Positions 8,346-17,971 of a stretch of 64,000 nucleotides of DNA are shown in pieces. The notes below the pieces were generated by a model that did not search any database, had not been told where the DNA came from, and saw only the letters and a list, made by a program, of their open reading frames with translations. The stretch's first letter is position 1; every line of letters begins with the position of its first letter. The stretch lies in the NCBI GenBank assembly GCA_965224245.1, contig OZ245046.1:4992001-5056000 (forward strand), given 5' to 3'. The stretch comes from Candidatus Eiseniibacteriota bacterium. GTDB lineage: Bacteria > Eisenbacteria > RBG-16-71-46 > CAZAMP01. Made by a program: the position numbers and the translations under genes.

Positions 8346-10726
8346 AGTTCCTCGCCACGCGCATGGCGGCGATCCCGTTCCGCCGAAAGATCCATGTTCT
8401 CGTCACCGCGACGAGCTGCGGCGCCCTCGCGCTGGCCTGCGCCAGCATGGCGATCCGCGACTTCATCAGCTACAAGACGGCGCTCGTGAACGAGCTGGAC
8501 AGCATCACGGCGATCGTCAGCCTCAACAGCACCGCCCCGGTGCTGTTCGACGATGCGCAGTCGGGAACCGAGGTACTGGACGCCTTGTCCGCCCATCCGT
8601 CGGTCATCTACGCGCGGCTCGTCCGCAGCGGGATGCGTCCCCTGGCCGAGTTCCGGCGTCACGACGCCGACACCTTCATCCCGCCGGCGCCCGGGAGACC
8701 GGGTCACGAGTTCACACCAAACCTGCTGATCATGCGTCGCGCGGTCATCTTCGACGGCGAGCAGATCGGATCTCTCATCCTGGTCTCGGACGTCTCGCCG
8801 CTCTACTACCGGATGCGCGGCGCCGTGCTCACGGCGCTCGTGGTGCTGGTCAGCGCGGTGGGGCTCTCGTTCATCCTCTCCACGCGCGCGCACTACATGG
8901 TCACCCGTCCGCTGATCGCGCTCGCGGACGCGGCCCGCCGGGTGTCGGCCAGTCAGGACTACGACGTGCGCGTGGAGCGAGCGGCCGACGACGAGATCGG
9001 CGCGCTGACCGACGCCTTCAACGACATGCTCGCGCGGATCAAGTCCACGAACGACGAGCTGACCCGTGCGCACGAGGAGCTCGAGCAGCGCGTCGCCGAG
9101 CGCACCAAGCAGCTCCGGGTGGCCAAGGAGTCGGCTCTCGAGAGCTCTCGCCTGAAGTCGGAGTTCCTGGCCAACATGAGTCACGAGATTCGCACGCCGA
9201 TGAACGGTGTGCTCGGCATGGCCAAGCTCGCGCTGGAGTCCGATCCGTCGCCCGAGCAGCGGGAGTACCTCAACTCGATCGTGGCATCGGGTCGATCCCT
9301 CCTGACGCTCTTGAACGACATCCTCGACTTCTCGAAGATCGAAGCGGGGAAGCTGGTCCTGAACACGGTCGCGTTCGACGTTCGGGACGTCATTCGCGAC
9401 GCGCTCAAGACCGTGGCGCCGATCGCGGCCCCACGACCACTCGACCTGCTGGGCGACATCTCCGCGGAGGTTCCGTCCACGGTGGAAGGAGATCCTGATC
9501 GGCTCCGTCAGATCGTGCTGAACCTCGTCGCCAACGCCACGAAGTTCACGAACGAGGGCACGGTCCTGGTGTCCGTCCGCTGTCTCTCCGAGCCATCCGC
9601 GTCGGTCGAGCTGGAGATCACGGTCAGCGACACCGGCATCGGAATCGCGCGAGAGAAGCTGGAGCACATCTTCGAATCCTTCACGCAAGCCGATGGATCG
9701 ATCACGCGCCGCTACGGTGGAACGGGCCTGGGGCTCGCCATCGCGTCGGGTCTCGTGACCGCGATGGGCGGCCGGATCCAGGTGGAGAGCGAGCAGGGGG
9801 TGGGGACCACGTTCTGTCTGACGATCCGGCTCGGCTGCGATCGGGCCGCCGTGAGCCCACCGAGCCGGCTGTCGCAACCCATCGACGTGCTCGTGGTGGA
9901 CGAGAGCGCGCCGCGCCGGCGGGCGATCGCGACCGCCGTCCGGAGATGGGGAGGCCGGCCCCTGTCGGTGGCGACGGCCGAGCGCGCACTCGGCGCCCTC
10001 GTCCACGGTCTCGAGTCCGGCCGGCCGTTCGACGTGTGCATCGTCAACGACAGGCTCCCGGACCAGAGCGCCCTCGGACTGGCCGAGCTCGTGCGCGTCG
10101 ACTCCGACTTCGACGATCTCGAGATGCTCTTCCTGCTCGGCTACGATAACCTGAATCTCGACGGACGCTACGCGAAGCTCTCGGTGAGCGGCTGGCTCAC
10201 CAAGCCGCTGCTCACGCACGAGCTGTTCGATCTCCTCGCGCCCATCGCGGCGCGACCGAGGCCATCGTCGCCGTCACGTCGACCGTGTCGGGTGCTGGTC
10301 GTGAGTGACCCCGCCAGGCTCCCGGTCATGCAACGCGCGTTCGAGCAACGAGGCCACTCCGTCCTGACGGCGAGCGACATCATGGACGTCGAAGGAATCC
10401 TCGCAGAGACGCAGGTGGACGCCGCGATCGTGGCCGCCGAGCCAGGCGGGGCGGTCGGCGGCCGGGACGTCCTCCGCGTGATCCGCGATGCAGACGACGC
10501 GTGCGGCGAGTGGACGCCGCTGATCCTCCTCGACGGCGCTCGTCCGGAAACCCCGCGCACGAGCACCGACGCGGCGGGCCTCCCGGGCGGCGACGCGCCG
10601 GCGACGGCGGACCGGACTCTCGACCCCGCGACACCGCCGACCCGACTCGTCGAGGCCGTCGTCGCGCTCGTCTCGGACCGAGCGAACGACGGCGATGGCA
10701 CGCGCGGGCCGCGCGCCGCCGCGTGA
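8342..10726 (+). CDS. Hybrid sensor histidine kinase (CHASE8-like periplasmic domain, HAMP, HisKA, HATPase, two degenerate receiver domains)
   Basis: ATGA overlap with yfiR; '[16 protein letters not shown]', '[10 protein letters not shown]', 'DTGIGI', 'GGTGLGL'. The ORF-track start at 8123 is rejected. Confidence 0.9.
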   Translation: MKFLATRMAAIPFRRKIHVLVTATSCGALALACASMAIRDFISYKTALVNELDSITAIVSLNSTAPVLFDDAQSGTEVLDALSAHPSVIYARLVRSGMRPLAEFRRHDADTFIPPAPGRPGHEFTPNLLIMRRAVIFDGEQIGSLILVSDVSPLYYRMRGAVLTALVVLVSAVGLSFILSTRAHYMVTRPLIALADAARRVSASQDYDVRVERAADDEIGALTDAFNDMLARIKSTNDELTRAHEELEQRVAERTKQLRVAKESALESSRLKSEFLANMSHEIRTPMNGVLGMAKLALESDPSPEQREYLNSIVASGRSLLTLLNDILDFSKIEAGKLVLNTVAFDVRDVIRDALKTVAPIAAPRPLDLLGDISAEVPSTVEGDPDRLRQIVLNLVANATKFTNEGTVLVSVRCLSEPSASVELEITVSDTGIGIAREKLEHIFESFTQADGSITRRYGGTGLGLAIASGLVTAMGGRIQVESEQGVGTTFCLTIRLGCDRAAVSPPSRLSQPIDVLVVDESAPRRRAIATAVRRWGGRPLSVATAERALGALVHGLESGRPFDVCIVNDRLPDQSALGLAELVRVDSDFDDLEMLFLLGYDNLNLDGRYAKLSVSGWLTKPLLTHELFDLLAPIAARPRPSSPSRRPCRVLVVSDPARLPVMQRAFEQRGHSVLTASDIMDVEGILAETQVDAAIVAAEPGGAVGGRDVLRVIRDADDACGEWTPLILLDGARPETPRTSTDAAGLPGGDAPATADRTLDPATPPTRLVEAVVALVSDRANDGDGTRGPRAAA

Positions 10727-10737
10727 GTGACCGATGA
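10723..10737 (+). other. Bridging mini-ORF (VSDR*)
   Basis: GTG 10723 overlaps TGA 10724-10726; its TGA 10735-10737 overlaps ATG 10734. Confidence 0.5.
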
Positions 10738-12821
10738 CGTGGACACTGGGTAACTACACGCTTCTCGAGCGCCTCGGCTCCGGCGGTATGAGCGAGGTGT
10801 GGCTCGGACATCCGACCGGTCACCCGGATCTGGCGGTGGCGATCAAGACCGCGGTGATCGACCCGGCCACCCGCCGGTGGTTCGAGAACGAGGTGCACAC
10901 GCTGGCCGAGATCGATCACCCGGGCATCGTGCGCGTGCTCGACGCGAACGAGGCGGAGGGCCGGATCTACGTCGTGATGGAGTACGTGGACGGGCCCACG
11001 TTGCGGCGCATCCTCAGCCACCGGCGCCGGGGTCGTCGAGTAGAGGAGACGGCGCGCTGGGTCGAGCTTGATCGCGCCGCGTTTCGGCGGTGGGTCGTGT
11101 CCAAGGCGGCCGAGGTCGCCGACGCGCTGGCCGCGGTCCACGCCACCGGGCTCGCGCACCTCGACGTCAAGCCGGACAACATCCTCGTGGACGAGAGCGA
11201 TCGCGTCCGACTCATCGACTTCAACCTGTCGCTACGCGAGGATTCGCCGTCGGTCCATCACGTGGGCACACCGGCCTACATGAGTCCCGAGCAGGCGGCG
11301 CGCGAGCAGGCACCGACCCTGGACGCGCGGGCCGACGTCTTCTCGCTCGGGGTCGTGCTCTACGAGGCGCTCACCGGCGAGCGTCCCTTCGGACGCGGGA
11401 GCTCGGACGAGGTTCTCGAGCGTGTTCGGACCCTGAACCCGCCGGCCCCGAGCTCGCTGGTTCCCGACGTCCCGCCGGATCTCGACATCGTCGTGCGAAA
11501 GGCGATCCAGAAGCGCCGCGACGACCGCTACCAGACCGCGCACGAGCTCGCCGCCGATCTCCGGCGCGTGCTTCGCGGCGAGCCGGTGCGTGCGACCGCC
11601 CCGCCGGAGCGGTCCGCGGTGCGGGAGTGGGCGGCGCAAAATCGGGCCTGGCTGCGTCGGGGCGTCCTCGTGGCGGCGGCCGTGGCGGCGGTGCTCGGAG
11701 CTCGATCCGCGCGCGAGGCCTACGTCGCGTGGCGCTCGGTGCCGCTCGTCGCGGTCAGGGCGTTCGACACCGGGGGTACCGAGATCGAAGACGCGGGCGT
11801 GTACGCATGTCGACTCGATGATTTCGGACGCGAGCAGGGACCCGTGGAACGGCTGGGCGCGACGCCCCTGGCGGGCACCCGCGTGGATGCGGATCGCGTG
11901 CGCCTGTTGATACTGGACGGCGACGGTCGTGCGGCCGAGCTCGTTCGCGAGCTCGAGCGAAGCGGACGCACGACGTACGCCCGCGCCGTGCTGCGCGAGC
12001 CACCGACGCAGGCGATGGTGCGCATGCCGCCCACACGCGCGCGGTTGATGGTCAGCGCCGGGGAGTCCCCGGGACTGGATCCGTGGGCGGAGGCCGAGGT
12101 CGACGTCGAGGCGTTCTGGATCGACCGCTACGAGGTGACGAACGCCGAGTTCCGAACGTTCCTGGCCGACTCGAGCTGGTTCGCGATCACGCGGCACGGG
12201 CGGCCCGGGCCCCATCCGCTGTGGCCGGACTCTCTCACCCGCGCCTGGGCGATACGTCCCGTGCTCGCCACGTATGCGCAGGCCGCGCTGTACGCCGAGT
12301 GGGCCGGCAAGCGGCTGCCCACGGCGATCGAGTGGCAACGCGCGGCGCGGGGGGCGGAGGGTCGCCGCTATCCATGGGGAGACACCCCCGACGATCCTCC
12401 GGGATCTCGGGCCGTCTACGGACGCCCCAACGTCCGCGACATCGCGGGCGCGGCCGCCGCGGAGGGGACTGCCTCGGACCGGCCGCACACTCGCGACATC
12501 GATCGTGCGAACTACCTGATGCACGTCGCCCCGGCTCGATCGTTCGCCGACGGCGCCACCCCCGAGGGACTCCATCACATGCTCGGCAACCTCGAGGAAT
12601 GGACCGTGAGCATCCCGAGCGAGTGGTCCGACTCCGGTGTCGTCACGTTTCCCGACGAGCGGATCGTCCTGGGTGGCTCGTGGCCGATGGCGCGCCACGC
12701 GGCACGTCTGGACGTGCTGTCACCCGAGCTGATCGACAACGTGACACGCAACACGATCGGGTTCCGCTGCGTCAGAAGCGACTACGGATCCGGGGTGTCG
12801 TTGATCGCCTGGACGCGATAG
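10734..12821 (+). CDS. Ser/Thr protein kinase fused through a TM segment to an FGE-sulfatase (SUMF1-like) domain
   Basis: GSGGMSEV, VAIK, HLDVKPDN, DFN, GTPAYMSPEQ; 'FWIDRYEVTN', 'RLPTAIEWQRAARG..YPWG', 'MLGNLEEW', 'GFRC'. Confidence 0.9.
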   Translation: MTWTLGNYTLLERLGSGGMSEVWLGHPTGHPDLAVAIKTAVIDPATRRWFENEVHTLAEIDHPGIVRVLDANEAEGRIYVVMEYVDGPTLRRILSHRRRGRRVEETARWVELDRAAFRRWVVSKAAEVADALAAVHATGLAHLDVKPDNILVDESDRVRLIDFNLSLREDSPSVHHVGTPAYMSPEQAAREQAPTLDARADVFSLGVVLYEALTGERPFGRGSSDEVLERVRTLNPPAPSSLVPDVPPDLDIVVRKAIQKRRDDRYQTAHELAADLRRVLRGEPVRATAPPERSAVREWAAQNRAWLRRGVLVAAAVAAVLGARSAREAYVAWRSVPLVAVRAFDTGGTEIEDAGVYACRLDDFGREQGPVERLGATPLAGTRVDADRVRLLILDGDGRAAELVRELERSGRTTYARAVLREPPTQAMVRMPPTRARLMVSAGESPGLDPWAEAEVDVEAFWIDRYEVTNAEFRTFLADSSWFAITRHGRPGPHPLWPDSLTRAWAIRPVLATYAQAALYAEWAGKRLPTAIEWQRAARGAEGRRYPWGDTPDDPPGSRAVYGRPNVRDIAGAAAAEGTASDRPHTRDIDRANYLMHVAPARSFADGATPEGLHHMLGNLEEWTVSIPSEWSDSGVVTFPDERIVLGGSWPMARHAARLDVLSPELIDNVTRNTIGFRCVRSDYGSGVSLIAWTR

Positions 12822-14008
12822 CAGATGAACGCGAGCTCCCCGTCACCCTCGGACTCCGGCACGTCGGTCGTGGATCCGGCCGCCTGGAGCTCGGCATCGA
12901 TGATCGACGCATACTCCACGGCCACGTAGAGCCGATCACCCCGCATGGCCAGGAAGTCGCGCTCGGGGTCGCCCTCGCCGAAGAGGGTCACGACGTGGTC
13001 GAACCGGCCGTCCCGGTCGAACACGTCGAAGCGACCGAACGCCTCGGGCGTGAGCCCCTCCTGGCTCCGGCAGTGTCGCACCCAGAGCTCGCCCGGGCGT
13101 GGCGTGAACATCTCGACGATGGCCGGGGCGTCGGCTTCGATCTCGCTGGAGACGCCGGGCAGGCCGGCCGTCATGGCCTCGTAGTACGAGCCCACGTAGG
13201 CGCGCTCGAAGTCGTTTCGGCCTCGCGTCTCGAACTCCCTCTCGATGACGTGAGCCGGACGCCCGTCCGCGTGATAGACGTGAACCCGGTACGGCATCAA
13301 TGACTCGACCGCGTAGACGGTGCCGTCGGCGTCGAGCGCCCACCGCGAGTCGAAAGAGCTCCACTCCCGCTCACGCATGACGCCGCCGGCGAGAGCGACC
13401 GCGCGCGTGGCGCTCGTGTAGACCGCTGCGCGCGTGCCGTCGGGGTTCACGGCCACGAGATCGTGCGTCTGCTCGAGTCGCTCGTCGACCACCCGCTGGG
13501 TGTGCACGTGCATCACCGTGTGGCCGTGCTCGGCCCGCGTGCGCTGGACGTAGCGGTACCGGAACTCGCGGCGCATCGGCAGCTTCACGAGGCCCCGGTA
13601 CGTGCCGTCGGGTGCGAAGGCCTCGATCTTCGTGGGAACGGTCTGGAGGACGGCCAGATCGCCGTCCGGGGTCCAGTAGAGCTGCGTGGGATCGAGGAGC
13701 TCGCCCGGGCCTTCGCCACGGCGGCCGATCAGTCGCGAGACCTCGCCATCGGGCGTGACGACCATGACCCGAGCGTACGAGTAGTCGAGGAGATACGAGT
13801 TGCCGTCCTCGTCGACCTCGACCGCGTAGATCAGGCCGAAGTCGTCGTCGGCGTCGAGCCGCCACAGCTCCTCGAGCTGGATCGAGACGGGCTCGTGAGC
13901 CGGCGTGGCCGGGCTCGTGACCAGCGGAGCCTGGGGGGCTCCGGCCGCCGGCGCGATCAGGAGCAGGGTGGCGATTGCCGGGGTGATTCGAATGTGGTCG
14001 TAACGCAT
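12782..14008 (-). CDS. Secreted 6-bladed beta-propeller protein
   Basis: Signal peptide; 'LEELWRL..D.DGN.YLLD', 'IGRRGEGPGEL..P', 'FDVFDRDGRF'. Confidence 0.8.
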   Translation of the reverse strand: MRYDHIRITPAIATLLLIAPAAGAPQAPLVTSPATPAHEPVSIQLEELWRLDADDDFGLIYAVEVDEDGNSYLLDYSYARVMVVTPDGEVSRLIGRRGEGPGELLDPTQLYWTPDGDLAVLQTVPTKIEAFAPDGTYRGLVKLPMRREFRYRYVQRTRAEHGHTVMHVHTQRVVDERLEQTHDLVAVNPDGTRAAVYTSATRAVALAGGVMREREWSSFDSRWALDADGTVYAVESLMPYRVHVYHADGRPAHVIEREFETRGRNDFERAYVGSYYEAMTAGLPGVSSEIEADAPAIVEMFTPRPGELWVRHCRSQEGLTPEAFGRFDVFDRDGRFDHVVTLFGEGDPERDFLAMRGDRLYVAVEYASIIDAELQAAGSTTDVPESEGDGELAFICYRVQAINDTPDP

Positions 14009-14214
14009 GCACGCCCTCCGATGGATGGTGTCGTCGATCGCTCGATCGATTCGGATCTCGACGAGGACCGCAAACCTCGTGGGCGAGAGGAAAGCGGGGA
14101 AAATCTACCGCACGGCGGACGATGCTCCTCGACGGAATCGTTCGCGTGCGCGACCGAATAGCGCCTACCCTCGATCATGGACTGTAGCTCGTCCGGCGTG
14201 CTCCCGGCCACGAC

Positions 14215-15267
14215 TCATCCGGTGTTCTCGTGCCCGTGCCGCCGCGCGGACCGGACGGCCGGCGAGACGTCGCCGGCCAGCGACGTGCCCGCCCCGGCCG
14301 CGTCCACGACCGGCATCGCGCAGTCGGGGCAGATCTCGACCGTCAGCCGGAACGCCGAGCCGCACGCCGGGCACCACCCGCGCACGCCGCTCCCGAGGTC
14401 CGGCACGCGCATGACGCCCTCGACGTCGATCCCGAGCGCCGCGGCGGCCGCGCGCACGCGTCGCTCTCGGACGTTCCACAGCCGACGCCAACCCTCATCG
14501 GCCAGCCGGGCCCGGGCGATCGCGGCTCCCCATAGCTCACGGCGGACGACCGCGTCGCGGCGGTGGCCGCCGAACGTGGCCGCGGCCACGAGATGGGGAT
14601 CCGCATCCTCGTAGGCGTGTCGCAGGAGCCGTGTCGCCGCGTGATGCGTCGTCGGCGCATAGATCGCGAGCGCGACCACGGAGTCGACCGGCACACGCGC
14701 CGACGCGCGCCGGAGCCGCGCGACCAGCCGCCACGCCAGTGCGGCCGCGGTCACGTGAGCGATCACCACCAGCGCCATCACGACCTCGAAGACGCCCGGG
14801 ACATCGCGCGGTACCACGTAGAGCGAGACGGGAAGCGCGCTGACCGCCGTGACGAACGCGACCGTGCTCGCCCAGGTGGAGGCGCGCTCGGCGCCCGCGA
14901 TCGACTCCCGACGCTCGCGGAACGCCTCGAACGACGCGGGCTCCCGGACCTCCGCCGGCTCGGCACCGGCGGGAGCCGTCGCGTCGACGTATCTCGCGGG
15001 GTCGAAACGATCGGTGTCCCGGCCCGACGTGCTCGTGAACGTCCAGCGGGGATCGCCCTCCAGCGTGCGCGGAGGGGAGACGGCGTATCCGCGATCGAAC
15101 GGTGTCAGGCCGACGAGATGCCAGCCGCGTCCCGCGATCACTCCACCGGACGGACGGCGCACGACGAGGCGCCCGCGCCCGGTCACGCGGAAGATGCAGT
15201 CGGCGAGGAAGCCGGCGACGAGATAGGGATAGACCTCGGCGAACGCGACGAAGACCGCGTCGATCAC
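14215..15267 (-). CDS. Hypothetical membrane protein with C-terminal zinc ribbon
   Basis: Several hydrophobic segments; C-terminal CPACG..CPDC. Confidence 0.65.
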   Translation of the reverse strand: MIDAVFVAFAEVYPYLVAGFLADCIFRVTGRGRLVVRRPSGGVIAGRGWHLVGLTPFDRGYAVSPPRTLEGDPRWTFTSTSGRDTDRFDPARYVDATAPAGAEPAEVREPASFEAFRERRESIAGAERASTWASTVAFVTAVSALPVSLYVVPRDVPGVFEVVMALVVIAHVTAAALAWRLVARLRRASARVPVDSVVALAIYAPTTHHAATRLLRHAYEDADPHLVAAATFGGHRRDAVVRRELWGAAIARARLADEGWRRLWNVRERRVRAAAAALGIDVEGVMRVPDLGSGVRGWCPACGSAFRLTVEICPDCAMPVVDAAGAGTSLAGDVSPAVRSARRHGHENTG

Positions 15268-15329
15268 CGATCCGCCCGCCGATCCCGCCTGCGCCGATCC
15301 CGTCGCGCCGGTCGCGTCGCGCCGGTCAC
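15264..15329 (-). other. Bridging Arg-rich mini-ORF ([21 protein letters not shown])
   Basis: GTG 15329-15327 shares one base with the upstream TAG (TAGTG); its TGA 15266-15264 overlaps the downstream GTG 15267-15265. Confidence 0.45.
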
Positions 15330-16291
15330 TACGCGGTCGGCTCCGCGGGCTTCCGGCGGCCGGTCAGCGCCGCGATCAGACGCTTCGCCGCCGCGGCCAG
15401 CGCGACCAGACCGACCAGGAGGAGCTTGCCGGCCTTCTTCACCGCCAGCAGAAGCGCGCTGAACAGTCCGACCTTCGTGGCCGCCACCGCGGCACCGGCA
15501 CCGACGAGCGCGGCGAGGCCGTAGCCGGCCAGCTTGTCGCCCTGACGGTACTCGGCGTAGGTGTTCCCCGGGGTGTACTCGAACGAGTCGAGAATCGCGG
15601 CCATCTTCGGCAGCGTCTCGTCCATGGAGATGGGGTCGGTCACGAGCGTCACCGACGTGTAGCCGCCTCGACCGAGGAGTCGCACGTCGTAGTTGATGAT
15701 CTCCTCGCCACTGTCGGTCTCGGCCAGAAGCGCCCAGGTCAGGTCGTTGGTCACGGGGTCGTAGGCGGGTGCCTGGTACCAGCGGCGAACGTGCAAGGCC
15801 TCGAGCCCGTACTCGCGACGCGTCTCGTTCGCGGCCTCGGTACCGGCGATGTACGACTCCAGCAGGGCATCCGCGTCGATGTCGGCCTGATCCTCGTCGG
15901 TGACGTAGCCGACGTCGTCGAACTCGAAGTACAGCGACCAGTCCTCGTCCTCGGCGGTCGGGAACACCATCCCGAGCACGAGCAGATGAGAGGGGTTGCC
16001 CCACGACTCGAGAAGCGCCGCCGTCGTGGGACCGTCGGCGAAGGACTGACTCCCGGAGATCGCGATGTGCGCGAGATCCCGAAGCGGCATGACGCCGGGA
16101 CCCTGCACGAACGCGATCTGCGACCCACCGGCGGGTTCGGCCCCGGGGTCGTCCTGAGCGACCGCGACGTCCGGAAACGAGACGGCAAACAGGAAGACGG
16201 CGGCCAACGATCCGGCGCGGCTCGGCGGAATCCGGACCGCGGCGAGCGCGCGCCGCACGCGCTCGATCCCACGAGCGTCGGGAGTTCTCAC
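15329..16291 (-). CDS. DUF2167-family membrane-anchored protein
   Basis: 'GYV.D.D..DID.D.LL', 'W...P.YD', 'INY.VR.LGR.GY', 'GDKLAGYGLAALV'; GTG 16291 with AGGAG SD 7 nt upstream. Confidence 0.85.
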   Translation of the reverse strand: MRTPDARGIERVRRALAAVRIPPSRAGSLAAVFLFAVSFPDVAVAQDDPGAEPAGGSQIAFVQGPGVMPLRDLAHIAISGSQSFADGPTTAALLESWGNPSHLLVLGMVFPTAEDEDWSLYFEFDDVGYVTDEDQADIDADALLESYIAGTEAANETRREYGLEALHVRRWYQAPAYDPVTNDLTWALLAETDSGEEIINYDVRLLGRGGYTSVTLVTDPISMDETLPKMAAILDSFEYTPGNTYAEYRQGDKLAGYGLAALVGAGAAVAATKVGLFSALLLAVKKAGKLLLVGLVALAAAAKRLIAALTGRRKPAEPTA

Positions 16292-16471
16292 GTCGGTTCT
16301 CCTTGGGCAGCGAGCCACCAGGTCCGATACTCTACGCCATCGCGCACGTCGGAGCCGAGCCAAAAGTCAGACGACCGCGAGCTGGGCGAGGGTTTTCGAT
16401 CTGCCGATCCCGCAGGTAGGGGGAGCGAGCGGGAACGAGGCGAGCGACACCTGGAGGCAGCGGACGCGGCC

Positions 16472-16891
16472 ATGACGATCCGCCGAATGAGGACCGATCC
16501 GGAGGTGGAGGCGTGTCGAGAGGTCATGCGCGTGCTGCGCCCGCACGTATCCCGTGAGTCGTTCCTGTCGCGCGTGCGGGCCCAGGAGGCATCCGGATAC
16601 CGACTGGCCGCAGTCGCCGAGGACGACGCCGTCCGCGCCGTGGCCGGCTATCGCATCGGCGAGTGCCTCGCATGGGGTCGTTTCCTCTACGTCGACGACC
16701 TGGTCACCGATCCGGCGTCGCGCTCGCGCGGGTACGGCGCCGCGCTCCTGGACTGGCTGCGCGCCGAGGCCCGGCGAGAGGGCTGCTCCGCGCTGCATCT
16801 GGACTCGGGCGTGCAGCGCACCGACGCGCACCGTTTCTATGTGCGCGAGGGCATGACCCACACGAGCCATCACTTCGTCGAGGACCTCTGA
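16472..16891 (+). CDS. GNAT-family N-acetyltransferase
   Basis: 'LYVDDLVT..RSRGYG', 'LHLDSGVQRTDAHRFY'; GGAGG upstream. Confidence 0.9.
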   Translation: MTIRRMRTDPEVEACREVMRVLRPHVSRESFLSRVRAQEASGYRLAAVAEDDAVRAVAGYRIGECLAWGRFLYVDDLVTDPASRSRGYGAALLDWLRAEARREGCSALHLDSGVQRTDAHRFYVREGMTHTSHHFVEDL

Positions 16892-16892
16892 C

Positions 16893-17930
16893 GTGCCCGA
16901 CGAGCGACGCATCCGCCTCGACGACGACGCCCCCGCGATCGACGCACGCGATCCGTTCGGCCGGATCGTCACCGCCAGCCGCGACATGGCGGACGTCTGC
17001 CGGCGGGCTGCGATGGCGGCGCGCGTGGACCTCGCGACGATGATCGTGGGCGAGCGCGGCACGGGCAAGGAGCTGATCGCCCGGGCGATGCACGCGTCGA
17101 GCCCACGCGCGGCGCGGCCGTTCGTGGTGGTGGACTGCGCCGCGTTTTCGCCGGACGTGACGGCGCATCTTCTCTTCGGGCGAGCCGAGACGACGCCGGA
17201 CCCCGCAGAGCGGCCGCCGGCCGGCCTGCTCGCCGAGGCCGACGGCGGGACGCTCTTCCTCGACGAGATCCTCGAGCTGGACGTCGCCTCGCAGACGCGA
17301 CTGGTCGAGGCTCTAGACCGCGCCCGGACGCGTCGGCCCGGAGGCCCGGGCGGACGCGACGTCGACGCCCGCATCCTGGCCGCGACGAGCCGCGACCCGG
17401 GTCCGTCGATCGCGCGCGGCGCGTTCCGCCGGGATCTCCTCGCCCGCGTGAGCACGCTCGAGCTGCGCGTGCCCCCGCTTCGTCGGCGGCCCGGTGACGT
17501 CCCCGTTCTCGTCGATCACTTCGCGCGCCGGCACGCCGATGCCGACCACCGCGAGATCCGCGTGACCGAGAAGGCGATGGCGGTGCTCGAGTCGTGGACG
17601 TGGCCCGGCAACGTGCGCGAGCTCGAACAGGTCGTCGTACGCGCGGGGGCCGTCGCCCGCATCAGCGGGCGCGAGCGGATCATCGACGTGTCCGATCTCG
17701 CGCCGCTACTCACGCCCGGCGTCGCGCCGCCGGGGACGGCCGATGCCGCGCGGGACCAGAGCCCGGCCTCCGCCGCCTCACCGGCCGGGGCCACGCTCGA
17801 CGTTCACGAGCGGGCGCTGATCGAGGACGCGCTGGCCAGGGCCGAGGGCAACAAGTCCAAGGCGTCGCGCCTGCTCGGCATCCACCGGAACTCGCTGGCC
17901 CGCCGCATGGCACGCCTCGGCATCGGCTGA
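16893..17930 (+). CDS. Sigma-54-type AAA+ regulator with Fis HTH, lacking GAFTGA and a sensor domain
   Basis: GERGTGKE, TLFLDEI, WPGNVREL, HTH 'GNKSKASRLLGIHRNSL'. Confidence 0.85.
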   Translation: MPDERRIRLDDDAPAIDARDPFGRIVTASRDMADVCRRAAMAARVDLATMIVGERGTGKELIARAMHASSPRAARPFVVVDCAAFSPDVTAHLLFGRAETTPDPAERPPAGLLAEADGGTLFLDEILELDVASQTRLVEALDRARTRRPGGPGGRDVDARILAATSRDPGPSIARGAFRRDLLARVSTLELRVPPLRRRPGDVPVLVDHFARRHADADHREIRVTEKAMAVLESWTWPGNVRELEQVVVRAGAVARISGRERIIDVSDLAPLLTPGVAPPGTADAARDQSPASAASPAGATLDVHERALIEDALARAEGNKSKASRLLGIHRNSLARRMARLGIG

Positions 17931-17971
17931 GTCCGCCGACGGGCGCGACATGTAGAACCGCTCACCGGTCG

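Noticed and set aside
13957-14211. 84-aa ORF between the zinc-ribbon and propeller genes
   Set aside because: No motif, overlaps the propeller start, and covers a likely promoter region.
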